Below, piece by piece: positions 26,491 through 41,158 of a stretch of 64,000 nucleotides of DNA (the stretch's first letter is position 1; every line of letters begins with the position of its first letter). Position numbers and translations under genes: made by a program. Origin of the DNA: Trichinella spiralis (lineage: Eukaryota); contig NW_003526943.1 of NCBI RefSeq assembly GCF_000181795.1, positions 2,844,707 to 2,908,706 of the forward strand. The letters run 5' to 3'. The notes beneath the pieces are model-generated. The model saw only the letters and a list, made by a program, of their open reading frames with translations, made no database searches and was not told the origin of the DNA.

Positions 26491-29400
26491 TTATGGATTG
26501 TTTCCATTGGCGTTCACCTGAGCAGATGGAATTACTAAAGAAAAAACAGTTTACTCATGAAACAATTCGCTAACTGCTGCGCAATTCACAAACACTCACC
26601 AGGAGCTTGCAGAGGAGCAGTCTGCTGCTGAGCATAAGCAGGCACAGAGGCAGATCGTATTAATGCCGTATGATACGCATTTGGTGCTATCTGAGTACCT
26701 GCTATAATGGAAAAAATTATAATAAAAATAAAAAATACAGCAAAATAAAACGTTTACTTGGTGCAAACTGCAAAAAGGTTGGAGATTCTGTTGGAACATA
26801 TGGCCCCTGACTTGGATTGTAAACATTGCCGTTGCTGGTGGCATTGTACGGAATCAGCTGACTCGGATTAGAAGGATTCACTGCTGCAGCAGCAGTAACA
26901 GGCACACCTTGGCCTGTACCTGCAAACATCTGCAACTGTGAACCAGATGGAGCTGTCACATAACCGGCACCGTTGTGAAAGAAAACCATTTGCGGATGAA
27001 AATACTGCGGCGCATTTGGGATCGAATATGCCAGATTCCCTGCAGTCGGCTGTTGATACAACTGCGTAGACTGAGATGCAACGACTTGTTGTGGCGGTTG
27101 CTGCTGCTGCTGGTGTTGCTGTTGTACAGTGCTACAGCTAACCGGCAGCTGATTCTGAGACTGTTCTGACGTTGTGCCGTTGCTGTAAGTCGATGGCATA
27201 TGAGAACCTTGCTGAATTCCTTGGGCCGATGGCAAATTCTGCGCTACACCAGCAGCTGGTGTTTGACCAGAAGGAATCTGTGGTGCAAATGACACCAATT
27301 GAGGCATCGCTAAAAATAAAATTACTCATAACAGACAGCTGTTAACATAAGATAAATAAATGATAATGGTGAAACTGTTATCAGAATAAAATAACAAAAA
27401 AAGACTTCTTTCCATACCATACATATGCTGTTCCCCTGCTCCATTCGACTGAGACATCATGTAAGAAGGATGCAAAACACGAGTCTGTCCCAAGAACAAC
27501 TAAAAGGGAAAAACAAATAAATTAAAATAGGCACATTCATGTACAAAATTTACAGCTGGGTTAGCCGAAGGGCCTTGTCCACCATTTCCCGGCACTGGAG
27601 CCCCGTATTGTAAAACGCAAGATCCCTGCTGCAACTGTTGCGCTGCAGCTTGATTTGCCACGGGCCCGGCTATGACATGAGGTGCACTGGCGGTATGCTG
27701 AGCTGTCGCACCATTTACTAAAAACAATTACAAATAATTTGACTACACTGTATTTATCATATACAAAATTTTCTACAGTTTTGTCGTAGATTGGCACTGC
27801 TTTGTAAAATTGCCACAGGGGCTTGGCTGGTATGAATGTTGTACAAAGGTGGATTTCCGTGAAAATACTGCACAGAGAACCCCGTTGGCTGTGGTGCAAC
27901 TGGCTGTTGTTGTTGTTGTTGTTGCTGCTGCTGCTGTTGCTGATAAAGAGGCTGCACTACGCCTGGAGCCGCCAAAGCTGCTGCTGGTGGAGCATTCACA
28001 ATTGTTGGCATTTGATAATAACCGTTTCCAGCAAAGTTCACAGGACGTGCAACCTAGAACAAAATCAAATACTAAATAACTTGTTCATTAAAAAAAATTT
28101 ACATATAAGCAAAAATAAATAAAACCGAACAATGAATAAATACAGAATATGACGTAAGAAAAACACACAGCACGATGAGTCAAAACAAATACTATCTTGC
28201 AACAAAATTTAGCAAAATGAAACATTTAGTGTTTATCATATGCATGTCTGATTTGATGATGATTCACTGTCGAAAATTCTAGACAGCTAGACACTAATGT
28301 GAACCAAATGTTCGGCTTCATTTCATGAATCAGCTTAGTATTTACTAATAAGTCTTTCCCGTTTTCAATCCGCCATGACAATACAAAAAAATTTGATAAA
28401 ATTACATAAAAATAAAAAAAGGAAAACATTTCTAACTGATTCACAAAAAAGTTTACTTAACTGTACCTGTGAGAAATCCCACTTTTTTTAAAAACTGTAC
28501 TCCTGTTCAGCTTATTACCAGTATACTGAAAATGAAATTTCAAAGTACGTATACTTTGATTTAGGTCACAAAAGTTTTCTTTGAATTTTGTTTTGCAAAT
28601 AAAAACAAAATAAACAGTAACAAAGCATTATTTCGATTCTTTAACATCTACAATATTTACCTGTTGTGGCTGCAACAAAATTGTCTGCTGGTGAAATTGC
28701 TGTGGACGAAACTCTTCCGCATCTGGATTCAGTTTACTTTCAAACGCACTTAAAATGATAAAGCTGCATTAAAGAATAATTCTTTTAAAATGTGCCACTG
28801 ATATTAAAAAGCTTTTACGGTGGCGATGAGGAGTCTACATCGGCAGATTTCCCATTATCATTGAGACCGCTATCCGTCGTTGATGTCGCCTCAGTCTTCA
28901 CGGGCGAAGTGCTGCTTTTCGGCACATTGCGGTCTATAACTATTCTTTGTTCAGTATTTTCCTTATAAACAACATGCGAGCTGCGTTTCAAAACCAGCCT
29001 GCTGCGGTAAAAATTACCAGGTTTGTTGACCAATTGTTGCTGGGGCCGTTGTTGTAAACATGACTGTTGGATGGTAGGTGACGATGCGGGTTGAGAAACA
29101 GAGGCAGGAGCATGAGACTCTGGACGGGGTTGTTGCTGCTGAGAACTTCTAACCATTCCACCTCTGTTATCTGACAAGTGGAATTCCTGTCCAAAACGCT
29201 TCAAGTCTGGCAGCCTGTCCCTTTCTTTGTAAGCACCTAAGGATAAAAACTGAACAACTGAAAAAAACAACTGAAAAAATACAATGAGGAAAAAACCTTT
29301 TCCATGCGGTGGATTTGCACTACGTCTGGCGTTACCACTGGCGACAGATTGCACACCATCACCATTACCACCTCTGACATCTTGACGCCGATAAGTCTGG

Positions 29401-31903
29401 GCTCGGCGATCTATATCTGTCATAAATTTCATAAACAATCTGCCCATCTACAGTAAATAATTAAAAGTATCCATATACCTGTAGCAGAAATCGCAACAGA
29501 AGTTGTTACAGGAAGCGACTGTTGCTTCAAACCTATTCCTCCTGCTTGATTTCCTTTGGCGGAAAATACCATGCCGTAACCAGTATTTGGGGGGGCACCT
29601 GTATCTGTATCCCGATGCATCCGATAATTACCTCGTTGCTGGTGAGTGTTAAGACCAGCAGCACTGTATGTTGTAGCAGGTTGCCCACGGTGTGGCCCTC
29701 CTCTGCGGTCAACAGACACGCCATTGTTGTTTCCACGACGTCGATTTGAACTAAATGCCCTGAAAAAAATCAAATATATAAACGCACGCTATCTGAATGC
29801 TCAACATTTCAATAACACCTTGCCATTTTTCAGTTTATACTAGTCGATTACTGAAATTGTTGAAAATAAAAACAAAGATTGGTCGAATGTTAATAAATTA
29901 TGCAAAAGTCGAAAAATATTATCAAACTTGGTGTAAAAGAAAGGTTCAACGTAGATGACAGTCAGAAACAACTTACAACTGTACAAAGTAAAAAACTTGC
30001 ATTCAGGTATCTTACAGTAGACTACAGTATGAGACAATTTCGCTTACAGTTACTAATGAAATTTAAATAAATTACCCCCTTAAAAATACAAATTTCACAA
30101 TTAATAGTAATAATAATAAACTTTTAAAAATAAAAATAAATAAAATTGCTTTTTTCCCGATATTAAAGCTTAGAGCAACATTCGCATAAATACAGTAAAC
30201 TGAAAATAGGTCACCTCTTTGTTTAAAAACTTTACTAAAGAATTAAAAAACAAAAACTTCAACAACCTTACTAAACATTAGCTAATTATGCTTCAATAAA
30301 GCACATTACATAAACAACCTATCGAACTTTGAAATGACTGTGCTGATAAAAGAAACAGCATTAATTTAAAACGAAAATTGTTAATGCGCCCTCTCTGTCC
30401 TTACGTAATGTTTTTTAAAGAGCATGTATTAGCAAAATTTTCATTATTTTGGCAACATTATCAATAATTAAGTCTTAATATGCTGAATATTATAATACTT
30501 GCAAAATACAAACTAATACTCCTCAAATTACTTAAACATTAACCTAATGCATAATTTTGGCTTGTTTCTATTTAAGCAATTACATCCTTTATCTCGTTTA
30601 CCAAAACAGATTAGCTCAATAATAATGTTAATTGAGATAGAAACAAAATTCCTACAAATAACTAACTTAAGGATGTGTCCGTTGTTATATGTTTTAAAAA
30701 TTTTACCTAGCATTTCCGGATGGTTGAGTAGAATTGCTGGCTGATAACGCAGAACTGGTGTATGTTGCCTGTCGATCAACAATATCCCGCTCTTCATCAT
30801 TATTTTCAAGCTCTAACGCGCGTTTTGACGTTGGATTTTTTTCTATTAGCATAGCCAATCTTTCTGCCTCTGCCAATTTTGCCAAATATTCTGGAGATTC
30901 TTTGTTCGTTGGAACATCAACGCTAAAAACACCGCGGTTAACTCCTTAACAAATAACAATAACAAAGCGAATTTACTTATTATATTGTGTAAGATCGTCC
31001 ACAAAATCGCTAGCCAAACCAAACTGTTCTTCATTGCGTTTAAACATGTCCTCTGCCGACCATCCGACCTGAATAAAAATGCAATTATTACATGCTATGC
31101 TAATTTGTAATGTATAAAAAAACACCTCATATTTGTTGACTTCCAATTCATGATCCTCTTCCACTGTTTCCGATTCCCATTGTTCTAATCTCTTTTCTGT
31201 CACATCGCCATTCTGTTTCGCAATTTCACCATCGGTTGCAAAAGATGCTAAATAAAGACTATTAAACAGATACATAAATAAAAAAATATATATATAATCT
31301 CACAAATGCAAACAGCATTCATATCAGCCATAGTGGTGACGCTCACAATATTGTAAGCTTTTAAAACCATATTGCTGATTACTTCACCTTTAACAGGCAA
31401 CTCGTCCTCTGCGTCTGATGAAACGGAGTGAACTAACTCCAAAGCTATGTCAAGCTATAATAAAAAGCATGTTAAAAAAGTTCTTTTCTGTAAAGAATAT
31501 CAACCTCTGGAGAAATTGATGTAAATATTCCTTGAAGGATTTGGCCATTTTTCATAAAAACATTCACGTTACATCCCTAAAATGCATCAGCGTAATAACG
31601 TAATTAATGCACTCAACATAATTCTTTTCAACTTACCACAATCGACATGACCGCATGCATGAAGCGATTATTGTCGTAGATACCCATCGCGACCTAAACA
31701 TCAGATCGTTACGAAATAAACAGCTTATAAAATAATTATAAAAATGGCAAAGCATTAAATATAAAATATTCAATTAGATAGTGAAATGATAACCGCACTC
31801 AGTATGGCAAAAGATTGAATACAAAAATTACCTTCGGTCGTCTAGACGCATTACCATTTGGCAATAAATCTTTTTGAAATGAAACTTTAGTTTCAGCAGG
31901 CAT
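26491..31903 (-). CDS. ATXN2: Ataxin-2 homolog (LSm, LsmAD, PAM2, Q/P-rich tail), multi-exon
   Basis: LSm: GIYDNNRFMHAVMSIV-GCNVNVFMKNGQILQGIFTSISPE. LsmAD: FATDGEIAKQNG..RLEQWE, GWSAEDMFKRNEEQFGLASDFVDDLTQY, AEAERLAMLIE..RALELENNDEE. PAM2: SKLNPDAEEFRP (about 28705-28745). PolyQ at about 27903-27942. The last exon ends NANGNNP* at 26491. Some internal exon boundaries are approximate. Confidence 0.92.
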
Positions 31904-34330
31904 TGAATAAGAGAGTAAACTATATCACTGAATTGCTAAGAAATGCATAGACAATGCAAGAAAGCAATGCCGTAAGGAAGGTTAATTGACCTGATTATTA
32001 AAAATTATTCAATCATGAGCATATTTAATTGATAGATTCCGGATTATAAAAATTTAATGAAAATGAAAAATTTTGCATAATCAGTATCGCTCCATCTTAT
32101 TTATCTATATCCTTTAGAACGGTAAAAATTAATGTTAATAAAAAATCAAGATGATAGATATAAGTAATTTTCAACTAAAAAATCAACAAATATACTACGT
32201 AATTTCGTATAAACATGCTGGTGAAAGAGGAAAAACATGCATTTAGAAGATGGCTGACATGAAGAATTAAAATAAAAAATGCATTACCATTATACTGACA
32301 ATTTTCAGAAACTGAATGTTAGCAAAGCTTCGACAACTGACAAGTAGATACCGTCAACGAAACGACAGCGAAATACAGTAGGTCTGTGTATAGTAAATAC
32401 AAATGAAAATTACGCTCTTAAGGAAACTTGCTTTTCAGTGATGCCTATTGAAAAAATAAAAAATGTATTAAATTTGTTTAAAATCAATTATTTTCATCAT
32501 TTATTATTTTTCTTAATTCGTATCTCGCATAGATCGAATGCATTATTAGTAGAAATAACTTTACTGACCTTTGTGATCTTTACATTAAGGTCACCTTCAT
32601 CTTAAATTAAAATTTCACTTCGACGTATATTTTTTAATGAATTTCATTAAAAGTAAGTAAATTATTATTAACTGTCTATTGTTTTTGTCCAGTTTTATAA
32701 TTTTGATCATAAATAAATGTTCTATATGGTAGAAAATTGTTTACTGTAAAAATCAACAGCTTTTTTGAAAAGGGCAATGTTTAATGTAATTAATTATGAG
32801 TAATTAATTTATATAAAGAAATCTACAATATCGTATTTATAATACACACAATTGTAGCTTTTTTCACAGAATTTTTGAATAACATCGTATACATAAAATG
32901 TTATATCTGCTCAGTTTGCAAATAAAATGATAATTGCTATTCGTTATTAAGCGGCGGAATTAAATAAACATTCAACTGTCGTTGAATTTGTATTTTCTGT
33001 TTACCAAATTGCATCGCAATAATTTAAAATTATCATAAAGTCGTATTATATTGTAGGATTTGTAACTTTACCTTTTCTTAATGGAATATGTAAATTTTTT
33101 AATTAGTTGTTAATAAGAAATTTTGCCAAAATCAATAAATAGTTTTACTTCGATTCAGAGTCATTTTATTACAAGTTAAAAATTAAAATTATTAATTTTT
33201 GAATATTAACATACAAATTACTAAAGTAAAATTCTTAATTTTTATATATAGTGTTTTTGAAAAAATACATATTCTGTTCATATCAAATTAATAATCTTTA
33301 CTCGAGCATATGATAAAATGATTGAGTATTGTACTTAGAGCATTTTATATCTTGGCATACTGTAAGCTAGACCTTTGCCCTGCAGAGTTTTAAAAATATG
33401 TTTTCGTAATTAAATATAATATAATAAAAGTTAAGTAATTAATGACAACTTGAAAAGTTTTCATATTTTTTTTGTCAGGTTTTATTTCAATATAACATTT
33501 TGCGAACAAGATAATAAAGGTTTTGAATATGGATCTTGTATACTGCAGCTTAATAGTTAAATTTTAAAAGTATTTCATTGCATTGTAACAAAATAATTAA
33601 ATTCATTGAATAGAGCAATGATCTGAATGTGACTAAAAATATATAAATAATAATTATGCAACTGATGGTACTTACATGTATGTTGTTTCATTTGCTGCTT
33701 TCATTTGCTTGATATAAAATTATAAGTTCATCAATAAATGTATCTTGTAATATAGTAGTACAGAAATATCACAAATTTGTATTAAATAGAGAATATTACA
33801 ATAAAAATTTGCACTGCTTTTGTATACTAAGAAAGAAAATACAAAATTTGAATTATTCCGTTCAATAAAGAGATCATTTTTTAATTTAACATTCAACAAA
33901 TGCTTATATTCTCTTAAAAAAATCAATAATGGCATATTTGAAATCATCAAATATATTGCGTAATTGTTCTGAAATGTAGTTTGAACTTTTACTCAAAAGT
34001 TGCATAAAAAATACTGTAGTTTTGTCAGATGCTCTTATTAATTAATTTTATATGATGGAAATTTTAAGAAAATTATCGCACTTGTAGAACAGAACTTGAA
34101 TTTATTATTTGATTACGTTCATGAGACGACTGTAAAATTGATTTGTTGACTAGACTTTGTTTGACTTTGGTACGGAGAAATAAGTTTCTGCAATAAATGG
34201 TGCTATTCATGGAAAAAATTGGTCGGAAATGTAAACCAGTCTGAATTTGGGTTGATATTTTTTTAAGTTATCATTTTCAGGCTTTTTGGTTTCTTCATTA
34301 ATATCGCATTTTCAGTTTTCCAGCTAGAGT

Positions 34331-37300
34331 ATGATATCCCAGAATACTGAGGGCAAGTTGCTAGCAGCTGATGAATTCACAGATACCGCTGAATCGTTGG
34401 CAAAGTTGAATATTCGCAGTGCAACACCGAAAATAACTGTTGAAAAAATTAATCCAGATTTGTCACATTCTCCAAATGAGAACTCTAATTTTTCTCACGA
34501 TGAAATTTTAAATTCATTAGAGGAAATTGATGACCAACCTTCAGAAGGAACAAGTAATAGTCGACTATATGAAATTGACCGTCATGGATTTATTCATGAA
34601 AAACAATTGGAAGGAAATGAGTAAGTTTCAGTTTTCATAATTTGACTTGTAATTTTTTATATGAAATATGATATTTGGAAATTTCAGTTTTCGATAAATA
34701 AATTATTTAATGTTTTTCTGATCTTGTTCAGATATTGAAAATCTAATTTATTGCATTATGATTTTGATTTTTAAATCATTTATTTATAATTTTCATGAAG
34801 TGACCAAATATTTTACTTTTATAAAATTTCACTGTCTACATCACTGTTAAGTTTCATTTTGTGATATTTTAATTTTTTATTATTCAATATGTTTAATTTT
34901 TATGTTTAGTGAATTAAAGGTAACTGAAATGTGAAAATCACATTAAATTCTAATAGCTGCTTTAAAAATTAGATCCAACTGGAAGAAAAGAAACAAACAT
35001 TGATAATTAAGCTGTTTTATTTTTATTATTATTATTATTTTACTGTTACAAACTTGAGGTACTTTGTCAACTTCTATATTTAAGAACGTTATTGCTCGAA
35101 CATTAATTATTGTATTACTTTTTTGGTGGAATAGTGCCAATATTTGGCTTATGCAGCGCATGAAGTATGTAATTGAAAAATTTTGTATTTTCATTTTCTG
35201 ATAGTAAATCATTTATTTTAAAAATATGAATTCTTTTCTTGTTGTGATATTTTTGTTTACTTTGAAATACAAACATTGTGGAAAGGTTTTTAAAATTTTA
35301 CCAAGAAATTTTTTGCAAAATACATGCAAAAGTGCAACCAAATGTTAAACTGGTAACAGCCAACATTTTGAACTGTGTGACAAAATTAAGCAATGTAATT
35401 ATCTGTATGCATGATTGTATATCCTAATTAATTTTATGTGTTGTAAAGATGATAAAACTATGATTGCGAAAATTTTATCTGAGAAAAATGTGATAAAATG
35501 TACTTAAACTTCATTAACAAGCATTGCTAATAGAGTTTTCAATGTGTATTATGTAATCGTATAGTATTTTTTAATTATAATCATGTATTTATTTATTTAA
35601 GTTGAAATTATTTTCATTTTTATTTTTTTAACCTATATAACTTATGAAAATAATTAATTATACTTTTGTTCTATTATATATCTTGCATTTGTTTAAACAG
35701 TCGAATCTGTCTGATATATTGCTTGTAATGACTTTTTTGTTAAATGTTTAGTCCAATTGTGGTACCCGTAGAAGTTCTCAGGAAGAGGGAGAAAAAATGG
35801 CTAGACATGTTTAATAGTTGGCCTCAGTTTATGGAAAAGCAATTTGATAAGGTATTTCATATGATTTTATTGGAAGTTCAAATATTCATATTATTCGACA
35901 TTTTTAATTAATACAACAATTTCAGATTAAACAACGCTGCCGGAAAGGCATTCCTCCGGCCGTTCGTGCAACAGCATGGAAATATTTGTGTGGAGCACAG
36001 CATTGTATGACTAATCCGAACATGATGCATCTGTTTGACGTATGAGTTGTCTGCGTAATTTCAGTTTATTCGTATTATTTGCCTTTTTTGCAATTTAGAT
36101 GCTGAATCGTTTACCAGGAGATCAAAAATGGAACGATGATATTAAAAAAGATCTTTCCCGGCAATTCCCGAATCACGAATTATTTGCTCGTAATGGATTT
36201 TATAAAAAAACAGGGTTTGTTGTTTGTTTTTTTTAAATTCTGCGTCTACTTTTTTTGTTTTGTTGTATTTTGATTCATTTTTTCTATTTAGGCAGAAAGA
36301 TTTGTACTATTTGCTCAAAGCGTGGACTGTCCTTCATCCGGAAGAAGGATACTGCCAAGGTCAGGCACCCGTCGCTGCTACTCTGCTCATGCAAATGCCG
36401 CTCAAAGATGCATTTTATTGTTTCATTCAAATTTGTGAAAAATATTTACCAGGCTACTACAGTCCTGGTCTGGTCAGTTTAATTCACTTTTCACAACCAT
36501 CTTATATGTAAATATATATGATTCTTTTTCCACAGGAAGCTATTCAGCTGGATGGGGATATTTTGTTTGCACTCCTGAAGAAGCATTGTTATGTTGGCTA
36601 TAAGCATTTGGTATTAATTTTCTCAATCATTGATGTGCATTTTTGAATTCAAAAAACAATTGAAATAATATTAATTTCTTTATTATTTAAATTCTCGTTT
36701 TTTATAAACATTATTTTATCCATTAGATGTGTAGGTTCATAGAAATATGTCCAGCATAGCCTAACTGGTATATAAAATTATTTGATTTATCCGTTTAGAA
36801 AAATCAGCATATTGATCCTGTTTTGTACATGGTTGAATGGTTTATGTGTATTTATTGTCGAACGTTGCCTTGGTCTACTGTGCTGAGGGTCTGGGATATG
36901 TTTTTTTGTGAAGGTAATCAAATTGAAATTCAAATTGTTTATTTTTTGGAAAGCTCACTTTTCAGTGTTAATAATAGATGAATTTGTATGCGAATATTAA
37001 TTATGGTAAAGTTTTGTATATTTATAAAAATTTTGAATTTCAAATTTGAATCGAATCAGAAAATAAAATAAAAATATTTCTTACTGTATAGGTGTGAAAG
37101 TATTGTTTAAAGTGGCGATTGTGTTGTTCCGCTGTGCGCTGGGTTCAAATCAACAATTACAACGGTGCCCAACAATGTATGAAACTGTTGAAAGATTACG
37201 CAAATTGCCACCGCAAATAATGCAAGAAGAATTTTTAATTCAAAAAGTCAGCTCTCAGGGAAAACGCGAAAATTTGCATATTTCATGTTTAAATTTTTTT

Positions 37301-37398
37301 AGGTGGTGGCTTTGCATCTAAGCGATGAAGAATTGGAAAGGGTGCATTGTAAAGTTATCAAAGAACGAAAGTTCAAGCAAAAGACGAAACTGGCATAA
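34331..37398 (+). CDS. TBC1D10: TBC1D10/EPI64-like Rab GTPase-activating protein, about 9 exons
   Basis: [64 protein letters not shown] (IxxDxxR), [18 protein letters not shown] (YxQ), [60 protein letters not shown]. Confidence 0.92.
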
Positions 37399-38533
37399 TT
37401 GCACTGTTGTAATATCATTGTTGCTGGTCGACGATGCTGCATAAAAAAGAAAATAGATTCGCTATTGATGCAAATTTGTTTTTAACTGTTGATGTTTTTT
37501 AATCAATTTTTTAATATTTAATTTGTGATTTGTAGCAACTGTTTTGTAAATTTAAATTATTCAAAATTGTGTTATTTACAATATTTCAGTTGATTACATG
37601 ACTGCTACTTAATTCGTTGGTTGTTCATAATATTGTTTTAAAGCACGTTTAAGTTTTCATCATCAGGGAAGTTATTCTAAAAATTACGGGATGAAAATTT
37701 GAATTAAATATTTCGCATGTTACGTTACAAAAAGTTTTCATAAAAATATAAATATTCACTAAAAGAAATTTATGTAATAGAACTTGATTTTTATAAAAGT
37801 GACTTGAAAACATTTCATGCGTAATAAAAATGAAAATTAGGTTAACCATGAAAAAATGATGAGTTATACTGCTAAAGTTAAATACCGTAATTTCTGTAGC
37901 TTCTTTTTTACTCCTATTGATGCTTCAAACTTTGCTGTAAATTAAGTTATGAATGAATGAAAGATTACACTAATCGCATTTATAAATTAAAAAATTATAT
38001 ATTTTTAAAACTTGATTTACTATACCGTTCTTAAAATTTTACTGATTTCATTACATCATTGGTAAATTATGCCAAATTCAGCTACCACAAATTCTTCTAG
38101 AATTAGATCTCATAATTAAAGATTTTTTTAACAAATAAATTTATTACATTTTCTACATTTATTTCATCAGTAAACAAATGTGTCCAATCGATTACCGCAT
38201 GTAGACCATATTTTTGTCGAGTATAACATTCATTCTATGTGAAGCATTTTATCATAATAAGTATTAATGAATGTTAATCTACAATTAATACAGTCGCTTT
38301 GGCATCCACTGTGTACCTCTTCGCTCATCACATCGAAGATCCAAAGAGTAACATACTACGCAGTGGATGCCCCAGAAAATGTCAAACAGCTACTGTTATA
38401 AATACAAATTTCCGCCATTATTAGATTAATTTATTTAAAACCTTAATGCACAAACAGAAAATTCCGATAAAGTATAACAAAATTGGCATGTTTAATTAAT
38501 AATATATCAAAACATAAGGGACGCATAAAATAA

Positions 38534-39688
38534 TCATGCACAAAGAATACCATCTGCAGTTTGCTCTACGGATTTCAAAAGTTTATGCATTTTGCCGTAC
38601 CAACCGATAAAATCATCAGCCATTTCGACAATTTCTTGTTTGTTAAGTACTTTTGGAACCACCCATGATATGTACACACAGCCTTCCACCTGATCGATGT
38701 TACCACTGATAAGCTTCATTGACATGGCTTTCACCAAAAGGATATCAACATCTGTCATCGGGATATTTTCACGTCTACTAATTTCAGTCATCTGCAGTGG
38801 GCGACGTTTGGATGCGCATACTTGAGCTGCAGATAGCAAACTCATGAGATGCATTTTTTCTTCTAAAAAGTTACTTTTGACGTTCAGTATAGCTTCTTTG
38901 GACCATCGCGGACGAAGATTTTCAAACGCAGCACGATCACCTCGATCAAAAGCGCGTATAACGTCCAGCATCCATTCCTTATCAGTGCCTTTTAAAGTTC
39001 TCAAAATTCTGTGCGTTGCCAATTCTCCGAACATGTAAACCTGCTTACTAAGTAACGCAGAAACGCCAAGCTGATATGCCAACAAAGGTCGTTGCTGTTT
39101 CCGCAAAAATTTGTAATTCATACTGCCTAGATAACGCAAACCGCTCACGTAGAAATTAGTGTGATCCTTTATAAAATGATAATAAACAGAAGTCACAAAA
39201 AAGAATTCGTTATGTGCTTCACAAACTCCATCAATATTTTTTAGAAGATCTTCCGCCTCTTTCATCAACTTCAGAATACCATTCTGATCACACAAGGATC
39301 CATCACTGTCACGAATGAAACATTTCAAATATATGCAGCCGGAAATACAAATAATTACGGCTTTATCTTCTGATTTCACCACATTTCGAACTTTTTTCAC
39401 CAATTCCAACGACACCTCCTTGTCGTTTTCCGTGTATGCCAACTGAACGATGATATTAGCCAAAATCAGCGGCTTTACTTTGTCTTCAAAATGCCTAACG
39501 AAATTTTCATAAAATTTAACCAACGTAATCTCGGACACAAATTCTTTATTTAACGTAGCATCTCGTACGCAGACAGACAACTGATGCCACAACTTCTTCG
39601 TATAAAACTTTTCCATTGTAGCCCAAATTTTTATAGTCGAAGGTTTTGCTTCCTCTTTTGCAGACTGTAAATATTCTTCAACTTTCAT
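38534..39688 (-). CDS. PSMD13: 26S proteasome lid subunit Rpn9/PSMD13-like (PCI domain), 384 aa, intronless and divergent
   Basis: W..MEKFYTKKLWHQLS, FYENFVRHFEDKVKPLILA, FYVSGLRYLG, AYQLGVSALLSKQVYMFGELATHRIL, LLVKAMSMKLISGNIDQVEGCVYISWVVPKVL. Uninterrupted ORF. Confidence 0.9.
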   Translation of the reverse strand: MKVEEYLQSAKEEAKPSTIKIWATMEKFYTKKLWHQLSVCVRDATLNKEFVSEITLVKFYENFVRHFEDKVKPLILANIIVQLAYTENDKEVSLELVKKVRNVVKSEDKAVIICISGCIYLKCFIRDSDGSLCDQNGILKLMKEAEDLLKNIDGVCEAHNEFFFVTSVYYHFIKDHTNFYVSGLRYLGSMNYKFLRKQQRPLLAYQLGVSALLSKQVYMFGELATHRILRTLKGTDKEWMLDVIRAFDRGDRAAFENLRPRWSKEAILNVKSNFLEEKMHLMSLLSAAQVCASKRRPLQMTEISRRENIPMTDVDILLVKAMSMKLISGNIDQVEGCVYISWVVPKVLNKQEIVEMADDFIGWYGKMHKLLKSVEQTADGILCA

Positions 39689-40109
39689 GATTCAACGCAC
39701 AAAGGCACAAGCGAATCCTCCTAAGAAACAACAAAACAGTAATTAGAAATAATCAGGATGAACTACAACCTAGCGAATCATAAGCGCATTACACAAAATA
39801 CAGTAATGTATGCTGTAATTTATTCTTATGTGTACATTATAAAAGAATTTCAAGTATCATAACATCAAAATCGCACATCAGTGGTGTTTAATTTCAAATT
39901 TCAACTTTATACACAGGTTATTTATTTATTACTTACTTATTGATTAATTTAATATTAATTATGAACTCCTTTAGTTCAGTCAAATAAAATAATCAAAAAT
40001 AATTAAAATTAAATAAGTACAGTTAAAAATAAGTAAAATTTTAATTTTAAGATTTTCTATTTATTTTACATTGCGTATAAATTAAATTATATTAAATCTC
40101 ACTTTAATA

Positions 40110-40342
40110 TGTCGGTTCCGGACGGAATAGTGGGATACTGTAACAATTGAACCTGCATATCATACTGCTGTAGTTTCGATTCGGCATTTTTGTCGTTGTT
40201 GGGAGCGTGATCAATAAAACCTTGCTACTCACTGTAGATTGCGTCTTGCTTCTGTTCGGCACTCGTCAAGCTTGAATTGCCGCTAAATTTGAAGCCTACA
40301 GCCCACTTCCTACTTATCGGAAGGAGTTCACTGCCGTGAACA
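40110..40342 (+). mobile_element. Possible short solo-LTR remnant
   Basis: GC-richer island starting TGT and ending ACA with an internal AATAAA. Shares TTTGTCGTTGTTG with the reverse strand of 48127-48422. No TSD found. Confidence 0.3.
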
Positions 40343-41158
40343 ATGTCTTATTTATTAAATTTATGTGTAAAATGAGTGCAAAAAGATAATTTCGTGTTTT
40401 TTTTTCTAAGTTTAAAATAAAATTTTTAACAACTTCAGAAACCTAACGGTTTCCAACTGCATTTACATGCTGTCGCATCTACTTTATATTTAGGCTAAAA
40501 AATTAAGATAATTCATTTGTTGAAACAAATTGATAAACTAGCAACAACACGAGCATGTGATTATTCTATTTTTATGTAGTTTTTTTTATCAATTTAAATA
40601 TTAAAATAAATTCTTAACAGATGGGAAATACAAGCTGTTGTTTTGTATAAAATGCCAGCAAATTGGTTTCTGAAGTTGGATTACGGTAATGAGCAATGTC
40701 GTACTGTATTTCTTTGCTTATCCTTTTTGTGATCGAAAATAAAGCTCTTCTCCACCGATTTGTGATCTTCATAATATGGTTGCAAATTTTTATCCAGTTT
40801 CTAGTAAATTAAGTAGTCGATTTGAACAGCATGCAAAGAAATGCACTCCCTTGATCGAAGATCAGTATAAATTCTATTTTCTAAAGATTTATTAAAAAAT
40901 ATATAATTTGTAGTAATGATCCAAACATGTTGTTTAAAAAAATTCAAAAATTTACGATTTAATATTTTAGTATTATAGTGCAAGTAATAATTTTGTTTCA
41001 TATGTATGATATGCTATGTTAAATTATACCTGCATTATATTACAGTCTTTACCAACTGACCTTCCAACGAATAGAACGGACTGTTAAAGGTATTTGCAGC
41101 TTCAACTGTTTTGCTTTGCATATCTATCTTTAGTGATACAGGTGTTTCTTCAGTAATT

